From assembly GCF_009914755.1 (NCBI RefSeq), contig NC_060925.1: a DNA stretch of 64,000 nucleotides. The stretch is one strand, 5' to 3'. Positions 1 through 15,646 of this stretch are shown piece after piece (position 1 is the stretch's first letter; every line of letters starts with the position of its first letter). The position numbers were made by a program, and so were the translations under genes. The notes beneath the pieces are model-generated. The model was not told the DNA's origin. It saw only the letters and a list, made by a program, of their open reading frames with translations, and searched no databases. The stretch is from the human T2T-CHM13v2.0 reference genome, Homo sapiens.

Positions 1-213
1 CTTTCTGGCTTCCAGTTGGCCACCATCTCTTTGTGTCCTCACATGACACAGAGAGAGAGAGAAAGAGAGCAGGATCTTCCTCTTCTTATAAGGCCACAAT
101 CCTATCTGATTAAGGCACCAGCCTTATTACCTGCTGAAGACCCTATGTCCAGATACATTGGGGATTTAATTTCAACATATGAATTTTGGGGAGATACAAT
201 TCAGTCCATAGCA
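1..213 (-). mobile_element. MaLR LTR (MLT1A/B-like), partial, cut by the window start
   Basis: Typical MLT1 reverse-strand end ...ttcaacatatgaattttggggagatacaattcagtccatagca. Confidence 0.75.
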
Positions 214-1039
214 TCATCTTAAAATAATTGGCTTTAAATATTTATCCTACCATTTGTATACTTACAAAGGGATTTGTGAGAAATGATATTTGTACAATGT
301 TAACTTTGGTGATTTCTGAGTGATAAGAATTTTTTGCTTTTCGCACTTTTCTACCTTGAATGTTTTTATAAAGTTACTTTTAAAAATTATAAATGAAAAA
401 GCAGTGTCTTTCCAAAAGCACCTTGTTTGCTACCATGTTGAGTTGAAAGTGAGGGAAGAGTTTTTCATCACCTTAAAGACTCTGATCAGTGCACTCAAAT
501 GTCCCCACTAAACATTCCTATGAAGACTACAAGAGATAAGGGAAAAAGTATGCTATGGGAGGAATTTCTGGGGGTATAATCAGATGATTTCCTTGAAGTC
601 TTATATAATAGCCTTTAAGTTGACTTGATTTTTCCATTTTATCCATAATATATCTGTTTGTTTCCATATAAAAAGAATATTTAAAATTACTTACTCTTGA
701 GTAAAATTCATGTTCAAAGAAAATGTATCATTATTTATCCCAGGGCTTTAAGTGCCCCTTTTGATTCAATCAGCTTACATCTGGGGGCACTCAAATCCCT
801 ATTTGAGAAGCATGGGCTTAATTTAATTATCAAAATTATCATTTGCCTGAACTTCTACAAATTGTAAAATACCTTCCACATAAATTATCTTACTGGGACT
901 CTCAGCATCCTCTTTTACAAGCTCAACATACTTCACCCAGTCCTTCAGCACTGGAATCCCTCCAGACTCAGTCCTATGCTGCTTTATCATATAACTCTAT
1001 ATTCACTGCCTAGATGATTACTTTTCTTGACCATGATTC

Positions 1040-1730
1040 AGTTACCTATTACATTCCAGTGATACTGAAATCTATATCTCCAGAGACACGTATACAACTG
1101 TCAGCTTGACAGCACATTATGGCTGTCTAAAAATCATTTTAAACTTTAAATATCCAGTATGAAATTCATGATCTTCCTCCAAATCTTGTCCATTTCCATT
1201 CAAAAGTGCCACCACCCTTCTAGCTCTGCAAGCCAGAAGAAACTGGTGTAATCTCTGACACCTGAATATTTCTTACACTCCCATCTATCACAAGGTTTGA
1301 GAACATCTAAAAACACCTTCAGTTAGTTTATGTCTCACAAGTTCAGTACTGCCATCACCACACCATTCCAGTCCAAGCAGAAGAAACTGGTGTAATCTCT
1401 GATACCTGAATATTTCTTACACTCCCATCTAATATATCACAAGGTTTGAGAACATCTAAAAACACCTCCAGTTAGTTTATGTCTCACAAGTTCACTACTG
1501 CCATCACCACACCATCCCAGTCCAAGCTACCATAATCTTCCTGACTACTGAAATATAAATATTTAAATTTCTACTTGGAAGTCTAGCAAGCATATTAAAA
1601 AGAGGCTGTCCACCTCAACCAATTCTTTTCCCTGTCTTCTTCATGGGAAAAAGTACCACCATAAACCTAGTTCGTTAGATGAAAAATGAAGACATACTTC
1701 TGGATTCCCCACTTTATCTCATACAATATA
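1040..1730 (+). mobile_element. L2 fragments containing a local tandem duplication
   Basis: aaatctatatctccag...tatacaactg...ttgacagcac...gtccaagctaccataatc resembles the L2 3' half. Confidence 0.65.
1234..1526. repeat. Two-copy tandem duplication (144 and 149 bp units)
   Basis: 1234-1377 vs 1378-1526 differ by 4 substitutions and one 5-bp indel. Confidence 0.95.
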
Positions 1731-1895
1731 GGTCAACACACAGTTATAGAACATGTTTATTATCACGTAAAATTATCTTTAACAGTGCTGTAGCAAGTCT
1801 TGAGATTAGATAGAAGTTTGTTCTTTTTTTAAGAATTGCTTTGGTTATCCTAGGTTCTTTGTAGTTTTGTATGAATTTTGGAATAAGATAGCCAA

Positions 1896-2334
1896 TGTCT
1901 TAATCCATTTGTTTGCTATAAAGGATCATCTGAGACTGGATAAGTTATACAGAAAAGAGGTTTATTTGACTCATGTTTCTGCAGGCTGTACAAAAAGCAT
2001 GGCACCAGCATCTGCATCTAGTGATGGCTTCAGGCTGCTTCCACTCATGGCAGAAGGGGAAAGGGAGCTGGTGATATGTACGTAGAGATCACATGAAGAG
2101 AGAGGACGCAAGAGAGAAAGGAGAGAGGTGCCAGGCTCTTTTTTAACAATCAGCTTGTGTAGGAACTAATAGAGTGAGAACTCACTGCCTGTCTCCACCA
2201 CCAGGGAGGGCATTATTCTGTTCATCAAGGATCCATCTCCATGACCCAAACACCTCCCATTAAGCCCTACCTCCAACACTGAAGATCAAATTTCAACATG
2301 AGATTTGGAGGGGTCAAATATCCAAACTATAGCA
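1896..2334 (-). mobile_element. MST-family (MSTB-like) solo LTR
   Basis: tg...ca termini; perfect 5-bp TSD gccaa (1891-1895, 2335-2339); MST motifs catggcagaagg and ccatgacccaaacacctcccattaag. Confidence 0.9.
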
Positions 2335-3131
2335 GCCAATTTTAACAACAAAGTTACTAGAATTTTGACTGGGATTGCACTGACTTATAGATCAATGTAG
2401 GGAGAAGTGACAATAATGTAGAATTCATATTCATAAAAGACATGGCATATTTTAAAAATTTCATAAAACACGTGGCATATTTTTTCATTAGTTTAGGTTT
2501 TCATCAATTGCATCAGTATTTTAATTTCTGATTGTTTTCTGCTTATATTAATATATGGGAATACAACCGATTTCTGACTTTGAATCCCGTGATCTTGTAA
2601 ATCTCACATGTTCTAGCAGCTTTCCTTTAGGTTTCTTGGGATTTTCAATGTACTCAATCACGGTGTCCACTAATAAAGACAGTTTTATTTCCTTCTTTTA
2701 AATCTGCATGCCTTTCTTTTCTTTTACTTGCCTATTGTACTGACTAAGAACTCTAGTACTATGTTAAATAGAATCTTGAGGAAAGCATTCAGTCTTTCAA
2801 CCTTCAGTATAATATTACCTGTAGGTACTTTATCAAGTTGTGGAAGTTCCTTTCTGTTCCTAGTTTGATGAGAGCAATTTTTAAATCAGTCACAGAAATT
2901 AGATTTGTTCAAATGCTTTTTCTATATCTACTAGAATGATAATATGTCTTTTCTTTTTAAATTCAGTTACTATGATGAATTACATGGATAAAATTTCAAA
3001 TGTTAAATTTTGCTAATTGAGGTATATCCCACTTGATCATGATATAGTATATTTTTATGTATTGCTATATTTAATTTGCTAATTTTCTTACAGATTTTTG
3101 AGTCTCTATTGATAAGAGATATTTCTTTATA

Positions 3132-3477
3132 CAGTAGTACCCCCTTATCCACAAGGAATATATTCCAGTACACCCAGTGTATGCCTGAAACTGCAGATGG
3201 TACTGAATCCTATATATACTATTTTTTTCTACACATACATACCTATTACAAAGTTTGTTATAAATTAGGCACAGTAGGAGATTATCAACAATAATAAAAT
3301 AGCACAATTATAACAATATATTAAAATAAAAGTTACGTGTATGTGTGCACTTTCCCTCTCAAATATGAAATATTTTATTGTACTACACTCACCTATTTTC
3401 AGACCACGGTTGACTATGTTTGATTATGAGTGACTGAAACCATGAAAGTAAAACTGTGGATAAGGGGGGAACTACTG
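3132..3477 (-). mobile_element. MER44A (TcMar-Tigger non-autonomous element)
   Basis: TIRs cagtagtacccccttatcc / ggataaggggggaactactg flanked by TA on both sides. Confidence 0.9.
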
Positions 3478-4189
3478 TACTTTTATTTTTATTCCTGCAT
3501 TTGGAATAAGGGGAATGAGGATCTCATATCAGTTCCCTCCTTTTTATTTTCTGAAAGCATTTGTGTGGGACTGGTATTATTTACTCCTGAAGTATTTGAT
3601 AGTGTGGTATTGTTTTTACTAGATAAACACTAGTATAATGAAACATATCCTATATAAATATATGAATGAAAAATATTGTTCCAACCATAAAACACTGCAT
3701 TTTTGTATCTCCCAATATAGTAGAATAATTTATATTTTCATCAGTTATGTTCTTAGACCAGCATGCAACTTAATTGTTTCTTTAGATTTGACGGGAGGCC
3801 AGTCGGCTAATAGACACCCTCAGAGAATTACTGAGAGAGGAAGACAAGTAACAGATTTTACATTTATTATTTCGTGACCCTATATACATAAATGATCATT
3901 TTTATGTGCTATTTACACCACATTCAGATCTAAGGGGAAAGATACTTCAGTGAAATTTTCCTTAATCTACCTCCTCATCATGCCTCCCATTTTAAACACA
4001 TCAAAACTACATAAACTGAAAAATAATTTACTGTTAACATTAATAATGGAGTCAGAACCACAGATGCAAAAAGCAATGAACATATGATCAATATTTCTTA
4101 TATGTGATTCCTTAATATTATATGCAGAAAATAAAAGAATATAAAGAATTTAAGAAGGTTATATATTTTGGGTCATTATTCAAAGACAG

Positions 4190-4920
4190 AAATATTTATA
4201 ATTATACTATAATACTCTCTATGCTATGAAATTATTTAATAATTATATACTTATTTAATAATTTTATATTAAAGATAATTCAATATAATCATATATTGTT
4301 ATATATAATAATTAGTAATTATATGTTAAATATAATTATATATTGTTATATAATAATATATTTAATATAATCACATATAATAAATATATAATTGTATATA
4401 TTGTTATATAATACATTTTATGTAATTATAAAATAGTATAATTATATAAGTTATATTTGTTATACTTACATAAGTATTATATTATAAATTATATATTATT
4501 TCATATATAATTATTATAATATAATAATTATATGTAATTATATTAAATATAAAAAATATATATTATATAAAATTATATTAAATATAATTTAGTATAATTA
4601 TGTTTATATAATTGTATTAATAATATTGTATAATAATTATACATTGTTATATAGTTATATCTATTACATATCATATGTAATGATTATTAATATTATAAAA
4701 TTAATAACTAATGTAATACATTAATTATTAATATATAATAATTAATATATAAATAGTTAATATTATAATTAACATTGCATAAGATAATTAATATTATATC
4801 ATAGATATCTATATTATATTATCTGTATAATATAATATAATAATTAATGTAATTGTGTTTATATTTAATTACATATTTAATAATTACTATTAAATTTAAT
4901 TTATATTTACATTTTTATTC
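4190..4920. repeat. AT-rich low-complexity island (degenerate TA repeat)
   Basis: ~730 bp almost entirely A/T, with recurrent tatattgttatata units. Confidence 0.9.
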
Positions 4921-5824
4921 ATTTTTAAGTTATCCATTGAATCCCTATTTATGTTCAAGAAATACAGGCTACCATTAATGAAGAATTATAATGTGTTCTC
5001 AAAGAATATTTTAAAATTTCAAACATTAAGAACTCTGGCTAATATGATCAGTTTTACATTCTTCCTTCTCAAATATTAAGTAAATTGAAATTTCCTCAAA
5101 GTTTTCTTTTTTGTAAAAATGAGGCAGAAAGGTAACTTTTATTATAAAGGAGACAGGAACAATAAATCCAACTTCAAAGCCTCCTGTCAATATTGTTTTC
5201 TATTCTACTTCAGAAAGGTTGTTTGAAGGGAGCTGAAGTACTGGTTTTCAGAGCTTTAGAGTGAGCACTGCTCAGATGGCAAATTTCCTGTAGGAAACAC
5301 ATCCAATTTAAGCCTGGTATCCTACCCCTCATAACACACTGAAGCCATACTACATTAAAACCCAAATATCATGCAAATAGTTAGGCCAATGGCTCTGGAA
5401 AGCAACTCCGGTATTATAGGAGTACACCACATATGCTTTGATTGCCATTCATTAGCATGGTTTCCAGTAACAGTGACGTTTCCAAGTGATGCAGAACTGA
5501 AAGCAGATTCTGCATGAAATCCCCTTCCTGTACTGCACCTGGTTCCCACTCCGCCTTCCTTGCCCTCCACAGTGACGCTCCAGGCCTGGTTCCTGTCACT
5601 AGCCAGGCTATGGTTTCAAATCCCAACTCTGTGTTCTGGTTTTCTTCTGAGTCTTACTAGAGGCTTATAGACAAAATGCAGGCTCCCCATAATCTGTTTG
5701 AAAAGCCCACTGCGTTCAGCAGGAAGATATGATTATCCTTTAGTGGTGAACACTGTGCTGTGTGTTGTCATTGTGGAGAATATATCCTTCAAGTATGTGT
5801 ATGAAGGGAATCAGACTGGGAATT

Positions 5825-5962
5825 GGGGGGCGGGGGAGTGTGGTTTGTTTCCAGTCTACTGGTGAAACAACCTCTTCTCTGCCAAAAAACCTCAGATCCA
5901 GTGTCTCTTGGGAACTCTCTCCCTAGGTTTTACTTTGAAAACCATCTGCTCTCTCGGTGAGT
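5825..5962 (+). promoter_or_regulatory. Candidate TATA-less promoter and first exon (GC box, RUNX site, Inr, 5' splice donor)
   Basis: GGGGCGGGG within 5825-5836, TGTGGTT 5839-5845, Inr-like CCAGTCT 5851-5857, donor CG|GTGAGT at 5956/5957; motif-level evidence only. Confidence 0.3.
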
Positions 5963-6383
5963 ATTGGCTCACCAGGGAAATCCTGACATCTCGGTCTCAG
6001 CCTCATGTCCGAGGAAACTCCATACCCAAGTCAGCCAAGACTTGGGTGTCCTTGGAGAGAACATTTTGTGGATCCAGAACTTAGCATGTGTTTATCTTTT
6101 GGGCCAAAAATTATCCAGAGATGAAACTCAGTTTCTAATTATGCAAATAAGTACCAAATATACTCCTTTTAAAAGAAAGCAATTATCATATAGTGTAAAC
6201 AGTCTCTGAATTTCAATTTCAGTTCTGCCAATTAACCACCACACGACCTTGCACAAGTTGCAGATGAAACCTGGACACTGAGTGATCTGAACTGAAACAA
6301 ATACAAGCAGAAAAACCAAAACCAAAAACTATTCTTTTTCACTATGTCTCTTCAAATGTACTCTTGACCTGTTTCTTCCTCAC

Positions 6384-7368
6384 TGTTACAATGAAATCTT
6401 GGCAGGTTTCAAAATCTTTTTATTATGCTCAGGTAATAGAAGTGCTCCAGTCACTTTTATGTGTACCCATAGTCTTATTACAGGGCTAAGAATGTAATAA
6501 TCCCTGCTCCTTATTCTTACCACTGCCACCACCTCTCACCTTGATATTGCTTTAAGCCTGGAAATACAGAATGAGGGAAAAGCACATTTCACTTCTCTCT
6601 TTTCTCCGTCTATTTTTCCTCATCCTCCTGTTCCTGTTTTTAGGACTTATCTGAGTTCTATCAGGCTTGGAGATGGAGAGTGAGGAAGAGAGGTATGCAA
6701 CACTTGAGTGTTACTTGAGTGGCATGGATAAAATCTATGCTGGAAGCCCCTGAGTATGGCAGTGTTCCAAAGATGATTCTTCCTCTCGTGGGATGCTTTG
6801 GTGAGTTTCTTAATGATATCCCAACTGGATTCCTCTAATCACAACTCCTTTGATGCTTACTTGTTGCTTGCTAGCTGCTTTCAATTCTTCCCTCAGCCTC
6901 TGATCATGTGGCAGTCAACTACCTAACTGGGGTCACACCTCATATTCAGGCTGTTTCTTGAAGTGGTGGTGGGGGGTGGAATTTAAAGTAGTTCCAATAA
7001 CCTCTCTCTCACGTGGCTCTTATCTAGCCTATGAAAAAAACTATTGCATCCTTGTCTCACCATGCTATTGATGGATAAGGTTTTCATTCCTAAGTTAACC
7101 CTCTTTCTCTTGCTCTATTGTCTTGGGACAATTTGTCTCTAGTTTCTTTTGCCTTCCCTTGCTTCAGGGATCCAGGATTACAGGACAAGTCCTGCAAATA
7201 ATTCCTTCGAAGCTTACTTTCTTAGCTCAAGGAGGGAAACAAGCACCCCTTTTATCTCGCAGGAGTAGAAACGCCTTCTCCATTGTAATCCTCTCTCCCA
7301 GCTATTTCAGCTTCAGCATTTTATACTTTCAAGGTGGATGATGGCTCAAGATCTCAAAATCAAGTCCA
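6384..7368 (-). mobile_element. Possible ancient LTR (LTR78-like), unassigned
   Basis: On the minus strand it ends in ...taaca with AATAAA ~35 bp before; the body resembles old ERV LTRs; family uncertain. Confidence 0.3.
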
Positions 7369-7402
7369 TGTAACTCTAAATCCTGTGCTCTGAATCAGTA
7401 GG

Positions 7403-8681
7403 TGTCTTGGTCTGTTTTGTGTTGCTCTAAGGAAATACCTATGGCTGGGTAATTTATAAAGAAAATAAGTTTATTTGGCTTGCGGTTTTGCAGACTATGC
7501 AAGAAGCATAGAACCCACTCTTGTATCTGGTAGGGGCCTCAAGCTGCTTTCACTTACAATAAAAGGCAAAGAGGAGCTGATATGTGCAGAGATCACAGGG
7601 TGAGAGAGAAAGCAAGGGATGGGTGAGGTCCAGGTTCTTTTTTAAAATAATCAGCTCTTTTGGGAACTTAACAGAGTGAGTCCTCACTTACCCATGAGGG
7701 AGGGCATTAATCTATTCATGAAGGATCTGCTCCCATGACCCAAACACCTCCCACTAAGCCCCACCTCCCAATACCACCACACTAGGAATTTAATTTCTTT
7801 TTTTGTTGTTGTTTTTATTATTATACTTTAAGTTCTAGGGTACATGTGCATAACGTGCAGGTTTGTTACATATGTATACATGTGCCATGTTGGTGTGCTG
7901 CACCCATAACTCGTCATTTACATTAGGTATTTCTCCTAATGCTATCCCTCCCCCATGCCCTCAACCCACGACAGACCCTGGTGTGTGATGTTCCCTTTCC
8001 TGTGTCCAAGTGTTCTCATTGTTCAATTCCCATCTATAAGTGAGAACATGCGGTGTTTGTTTTTCTGTCCTTGTGATAGTTTGCTCAGAATGATGGTTTC
8101 CAGCTTCATCCATGTCCCTGCAAAGGACGTGAACTCATCCTTTTTTATGGCTGCATAGTATTCCATGGTGTATATGTGCCACATTTTCTTAATCCAGTCT
8201 ATCATTGATGGACATGTGGGTTGGTTCCAAGTCTTTGCTATTGTGAATCGTGCCACAATAAACATACATGTGCATGTGTCTTTATCATAGCATGATTTAT
8301 AATCCTTTGGTTATATACCCAGTAATGGGATTGCTGGGTCAAATGGTATTTCTAGTTCTAGATCCTTGAGGAATTGCCACACTGTCTTCCACAATGGTTG
8401 AACTTATTTACACTCCCACCAACAGTGTAAAAGCTTTCATATTTCTCCACATCCTCTCCAGGACCTGTTGTTTCCCAACTTTTTAATGATTGCCATTCTA
8501 ACTGGTGTGAGATGGTATCTCATTGTGGTTTTGATTTGCATTTCTCTGATGACCAGTGATGATGAGCTTTTTTTCATGTGTCTGTTGGCTGCATAAACAT
8601 CTTCTTTTGAGAAGTGTCTGTTCATATAGGAATTTAATTTCATTATGAGACTTGGTGAGGACAAACATCCAAACCATAGCA
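7403..8681 (-). mobile_element. MSTB-like solo LTR interrupted by L1PA
   Basis: tg...ca termini; perfect TSD gtagg (7398-7402, 8682-8686). Confidence 0.9.
7798..8626 (-). mobile_element. 5'-truncated L1PA (about L1PA5-6): 3' UTR and ORF2 C-terminus
   Basis: T-rich tail; ORF fragments match L1 ORF2 C-terminus (IAKTWNQP..., [19 protein letters not shown]); 15-bp TSD taggaatttaatttc (7783-7797, 8627-8641). Confidence 0.95.
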
Positions 8682-8819
8682 GTAGGTAATATATATTACA
8701 TTATGATTGATTGATAGCACTTTGCCCTCAAAAGTGAAATAGCAATTGATAATGAACAAAGCTTCAAATGAAAAGGAATAAATACATTAGATTAGCATGT
8801 GCTATTCAATCTCTACAAA

Positions 8820-8975
8820 ATTCTTCAAATAGTACCTCTCACCATTCTTTTTATTATATCCTTCTGGAAGTTCTATAGGCATACATTGGCCTTTCTTATT
8901 CTATCCTCCAAATCTCTTAACTGCTTACACATATTTTTTTATCTCTTTATGTGTTAGCTTCAGTTCTGGAAATGT
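8820..8975 (-). mobile_element. Old L1/HAL1 ORF1-region fragment (continues at 15445-15620 and 16350-16680)
   Basis: Antisense ORF1-like sequence that resumes in register after the nested block. Confidence 0.45.
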
Positions 8976-9699
8976 TACCTAAAAGTTATTCTGGAAATGC
9001 CAAGAACTGTTTGATTAAAATATAATAAATAAATGTGTACCTGAGTTCTCAAGAAAGTAAGCAAAATCCTCAAGGATCAGATGTGAGATGGTAACTAAAA
9101 GATAGAGTGGTAAGAATATAAACCCAATCTGTGATAACTCTCACTGGGATGAGGTTAGGAGGGAGGAGCCAGCATATTGACAATTTCAGAAAGTGTTTTT
9201 GACATTCACACACAAATTTGAGATATTAGGCCTACATGTGGGAGGGAGTGGGAAATGTAATACAAGTCAAAGAGCTACAGCATCAGTGAATGACAGGGTG
9301 AAAAAAAGAAAGAAAGAAAATCTGCTCGCTGGCAAGAAGATAACAGAGAACTTGTCTATAGGTGGACAAAGTCTCCCTTAAGACTTTATAACCACAGAAC
9401 TGAAAGTCATGTGTACTTTGGTCTCAAATTTTTACCATCTTTGTATTGTGGGAAACCGTAAGCTGAAACAAATGACTCCAAATTTGTTCTCAGGCCAATA
9501 TTATCCCTAGATTTCCTGGAAGAAACCAACACAAAATGCTGTCAGTTCGGGTGTACTGAGTCTCATAGTTAAAGCCCCACTAAAGATCAGTTCACAGTTC
9601 CAAATGCTACAATCAAAGAGTACACAATTCATTATGAGTGCTACAAACAGCTGATTAGATAATATAATATGATAGAACCTATAAGACTGATTATTTTTA

Positions 9700-10540
9700 A
9701 TGTTTCAAAAATTTTTCAGACTTACAGAAAAGTTGCAAAAATAATGAAAAGAAGTCCTAGATACCTTTAATCTGGATTTTCCCAATGTTTAACATAAGCA
9801 TTCTATTATAGATATACAGATATTTTTCTGAACCTTTTGAGAGTAAGTTACAGATGTAATGCCTATTAACTACTAAATACTTCAGTATGTATCTCATAAA
9901 ATAAGGCTATTCTCATATAATCACTGTATATAATTATAATATCAGAAAATAAACAATGATATAGTTCTATTATCTAATCTACAGATCTTATTTAAATTTT
10001 GTCAATTGTCCATTGAACATACTTTAAAGTAAAAGAAAAAAATGTTTGTCTAGTTTAAGGTCCAATTCAGGACCGTACATTGCTTTTAGTTGCTATGTCT
10101 CTTTTGTCTCCTTCAATCTAAAATCCTTCTTCAGTCTTTGTCATTTATGACCTTGATATTTTTGAAGATTAGAGGCAAGTTATTTTGTACTGTATCTCCT
10201 AATTTCGTTTTCTCAAATTTCCTCATGAGTAGATTCAAGTTAGGTATTTTTGGCAGGAATAATATTGTGTTCTTCTTAGTGCATCATATCAAAGGCAAAT
10301 TATGTATATTTGCCCTTTTACTGTGGGAGATTAACTTTGAGCACTTGGTTAAGAAATGTATGTCAGGTTTCTTCAGCACAAACTTACTATTTCTCCTTTG
10401 TAATTAATAGATTTCATGTGGAGAGATACTTTGAGACTATGTAAATATTCTATTTCCTATCAAACTTCTACCCATTCATTTTAGGATCTCTTGATGACTC
10501 TTACCTGAAACAATTATTACTATGTTAGTTGCCAAATTAT
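9700..10540 (-). mobile_element. L1MC4/5-like 3' end
   Basis: Characteristic cttacagaaaagttgcaaaaata... and gagatactttgagactatgtaaatattc. Confidence 0.7.
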
Positions 10541-11178
10541 GTTAAATTAGTATTTTAAATAAATTAAAATATAAAATAAAGAAATGACAACATAAAAGGA
10601 AAAAAACAACAACAAAACTAGGCAGATTTGTAAAAGAACTAAAGAGAACATCCAGAAATGATAGACAATGTCATTGAAATTCAGAAGTTAATGGATGAAT
10701 TAAAAATACATTAAATGCAGCTGAACAGAGAATTAATATACTAGAAAATGTGTCTGGAAAATTATTCAGAATCTAACCTAGCAATATAAAGAAATGGAAA
10801 TTTTTAAAGCAAAATTAAAAGGCATGAAAGATCTAATGAGAAGGTACAACATAGGTTTAATAGATGTTTCCAAAAAAAAAAAGAAAAACAGGAAAGAAGT
10901 AATTTTCAAATAGTGGCTGAGAATTTTGCAAAATTATTAAGACACAAATCCTTGGATTCAGGATGTATAACAAGCAGAATAAATAAAACTAAATCCACAC
11001 TAGATATACCTTAGTGAAATTGCAGGACATCAAAAATAAAGAAAAATTAAAGAACAAAAACAAAGTAAAAAGGACAGATTTGCTACATACGAAGAATGAG
11101 AATCCAACATACAGCAGATTTATGGACAACAACAAGAGAAGCCAGAAGACAATGGAGTATTTTAAAGCTGAGAGTTTA

Positions 11179-11690
11179 CTGTAGTTCCCCCTTATCTGTG
11201 GTTTTGCTTTCCACATTTTGTTACCTGCAGTCAACTGCAGTTCAAACATACTAAATGGAAAATTTTAGAAAAAAAATGTTAAATTTGAAATTGGGCACCT
11301 TTCTGAGTAGCCTTGCCCAGATGAGATGTGAATCTTCCCTTTGTTTAGCATATCCACACTACATACACAATCCACCTGTCACTGATTAGCCATATTGGTT
11401 GTGAGATTGACTGTTGCAGCATCTCAGTGCTTGTGTGCAAGTAACCCTCATTTCACTTATGGCTCCAAATCACAAGAGTAGTGATGCCGGCATATTGTTA
11501 TAATTGTTCTATTTTATTATTGGTTATTGTTGTTAATCCCTTAGTGTGCCTAATTTATAAATGAAAGTTTACCACAGGTATGTATGTATAGGAAAAAACA
11601 TGGTATGTACAGGATTTGGTACTATCCACTGTTTCAAGCATCCACTGGAGGACCTGGAATGTTGCCCCCACAAATAAGGGGGGACTACTG
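11179..11690 (+). mobile_element. MER44B (Tigger family)
   Basis: TIRs ctgtagttcccccttatc / aataaggggggactactg with TA TSDs. Confidence 0.85.
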
Positions 11691-12355
11691 TACTGTCAAT
11701 ATAGAATCCTCAGTCAAACTTAACAACCATTTAAAAGAGTGTAGCCATACAACAATTTTAAGACAAGAAAATGCTGAGAGAGTTTACTCTTTATAGTTTC
11801 TCTATTTAAAAAAATTTTAACACTTTATGTGGTAGGCAGAATCCTAAAATGGCACCCATGATGCTTACCTGTAGCTATTGTAAACATACCTTCTACTAGT
11901 TATTCAATCAAACATTAATCGGGGTGCTGTTGTGAAGGGATTTGGCTGATGTATTGATGTCCCCAAATCAACTGGTCTTAAGGAGATTATCATATGAGAC
12001 CTTTAGATCTGGGCTTAGGGATCAGAGACAGGGAAGCCAGAGAGACTCAAAGTGTGAGGGTAGTTGAAGGAGGCTACATGGCAAGAAACTGGGCAGCTTC
12101 TAGGAGCTGAGAGTGTAGACCAAAGCCAACAGTCACCAACAGAATGGGATCCTAAATCCTACAACTACAAAGAATGGAAGTCACCAATATACTGAATAAC
12201 CTTGGAAGCATATTATTTCCCAGAGGCTTCAGGAAGCAATGCAGGCTGGCTGACAACCTGATTTCAACCCTTTGAAAAGCTGAGCAGAGGTCCAAGTTTC
12301 CATCTGTGTCTGGACTCTTGATCCACAGAAACTGAGAGAGAACTGAAAGGATGTA

Positions 12356-15161
<2,806 letters not shown>

Positions 15162-15646
15162 TTAAAAGATGGAAACAGGAGATATAAAAAGCAATGGGTA
15201 ACTCTAAACAAACATTGACTATATAGGACAATGTAAATAATAATAAAGATGGGGGAACACACAGAAGTTAGAAATAAAATACTAGCAAAATTATATTTCA
15301 AACAGATGTTCCGAGTTAAAAATTGGAATATCATTGTGTTGATTGGGAAGAGCCTAAAGATACTGAGTAACAAGATTATTTAAAACCAGGTATGTATGTT
15401 TAAAATATGACAGCAACCACTAGAAATTGAATGTATAAGATTTCTTTTCACTGTATTATGGGTAATTTCTCAGATCTATTTTTCATATCACACATTCTGT
15501 CTTCAGCAGAATCCAAACTGCCTTTTATCCTCTTTATTGTGGCTGGTTTTGTTTTGCTTTTTCGTTATTTGCTTCATCCAATTATTCAGCAAAGGAAGTC
15601 ATAAGGTGTGATTATTTATTTTTATATTGTTATGTTTTAAGTAAAG

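Larger units (their letters stand above)
1780..3620 (-). mobile_element. Old L1 (L1M) ORF2 region, interrupted by MSTB and MER44A
   Basis: Antisense L1 motifs gaattttgactgggattgcactgacttatagatcaat and ttcctttctgttcctagtttgatgagag. Confidence 0.75.

Noticed and set aside
1234-1526. Direct repeats as a CRISPR-like array
   Set aside because: Two long copies with no spacers, in eukaryotic L2 DNA
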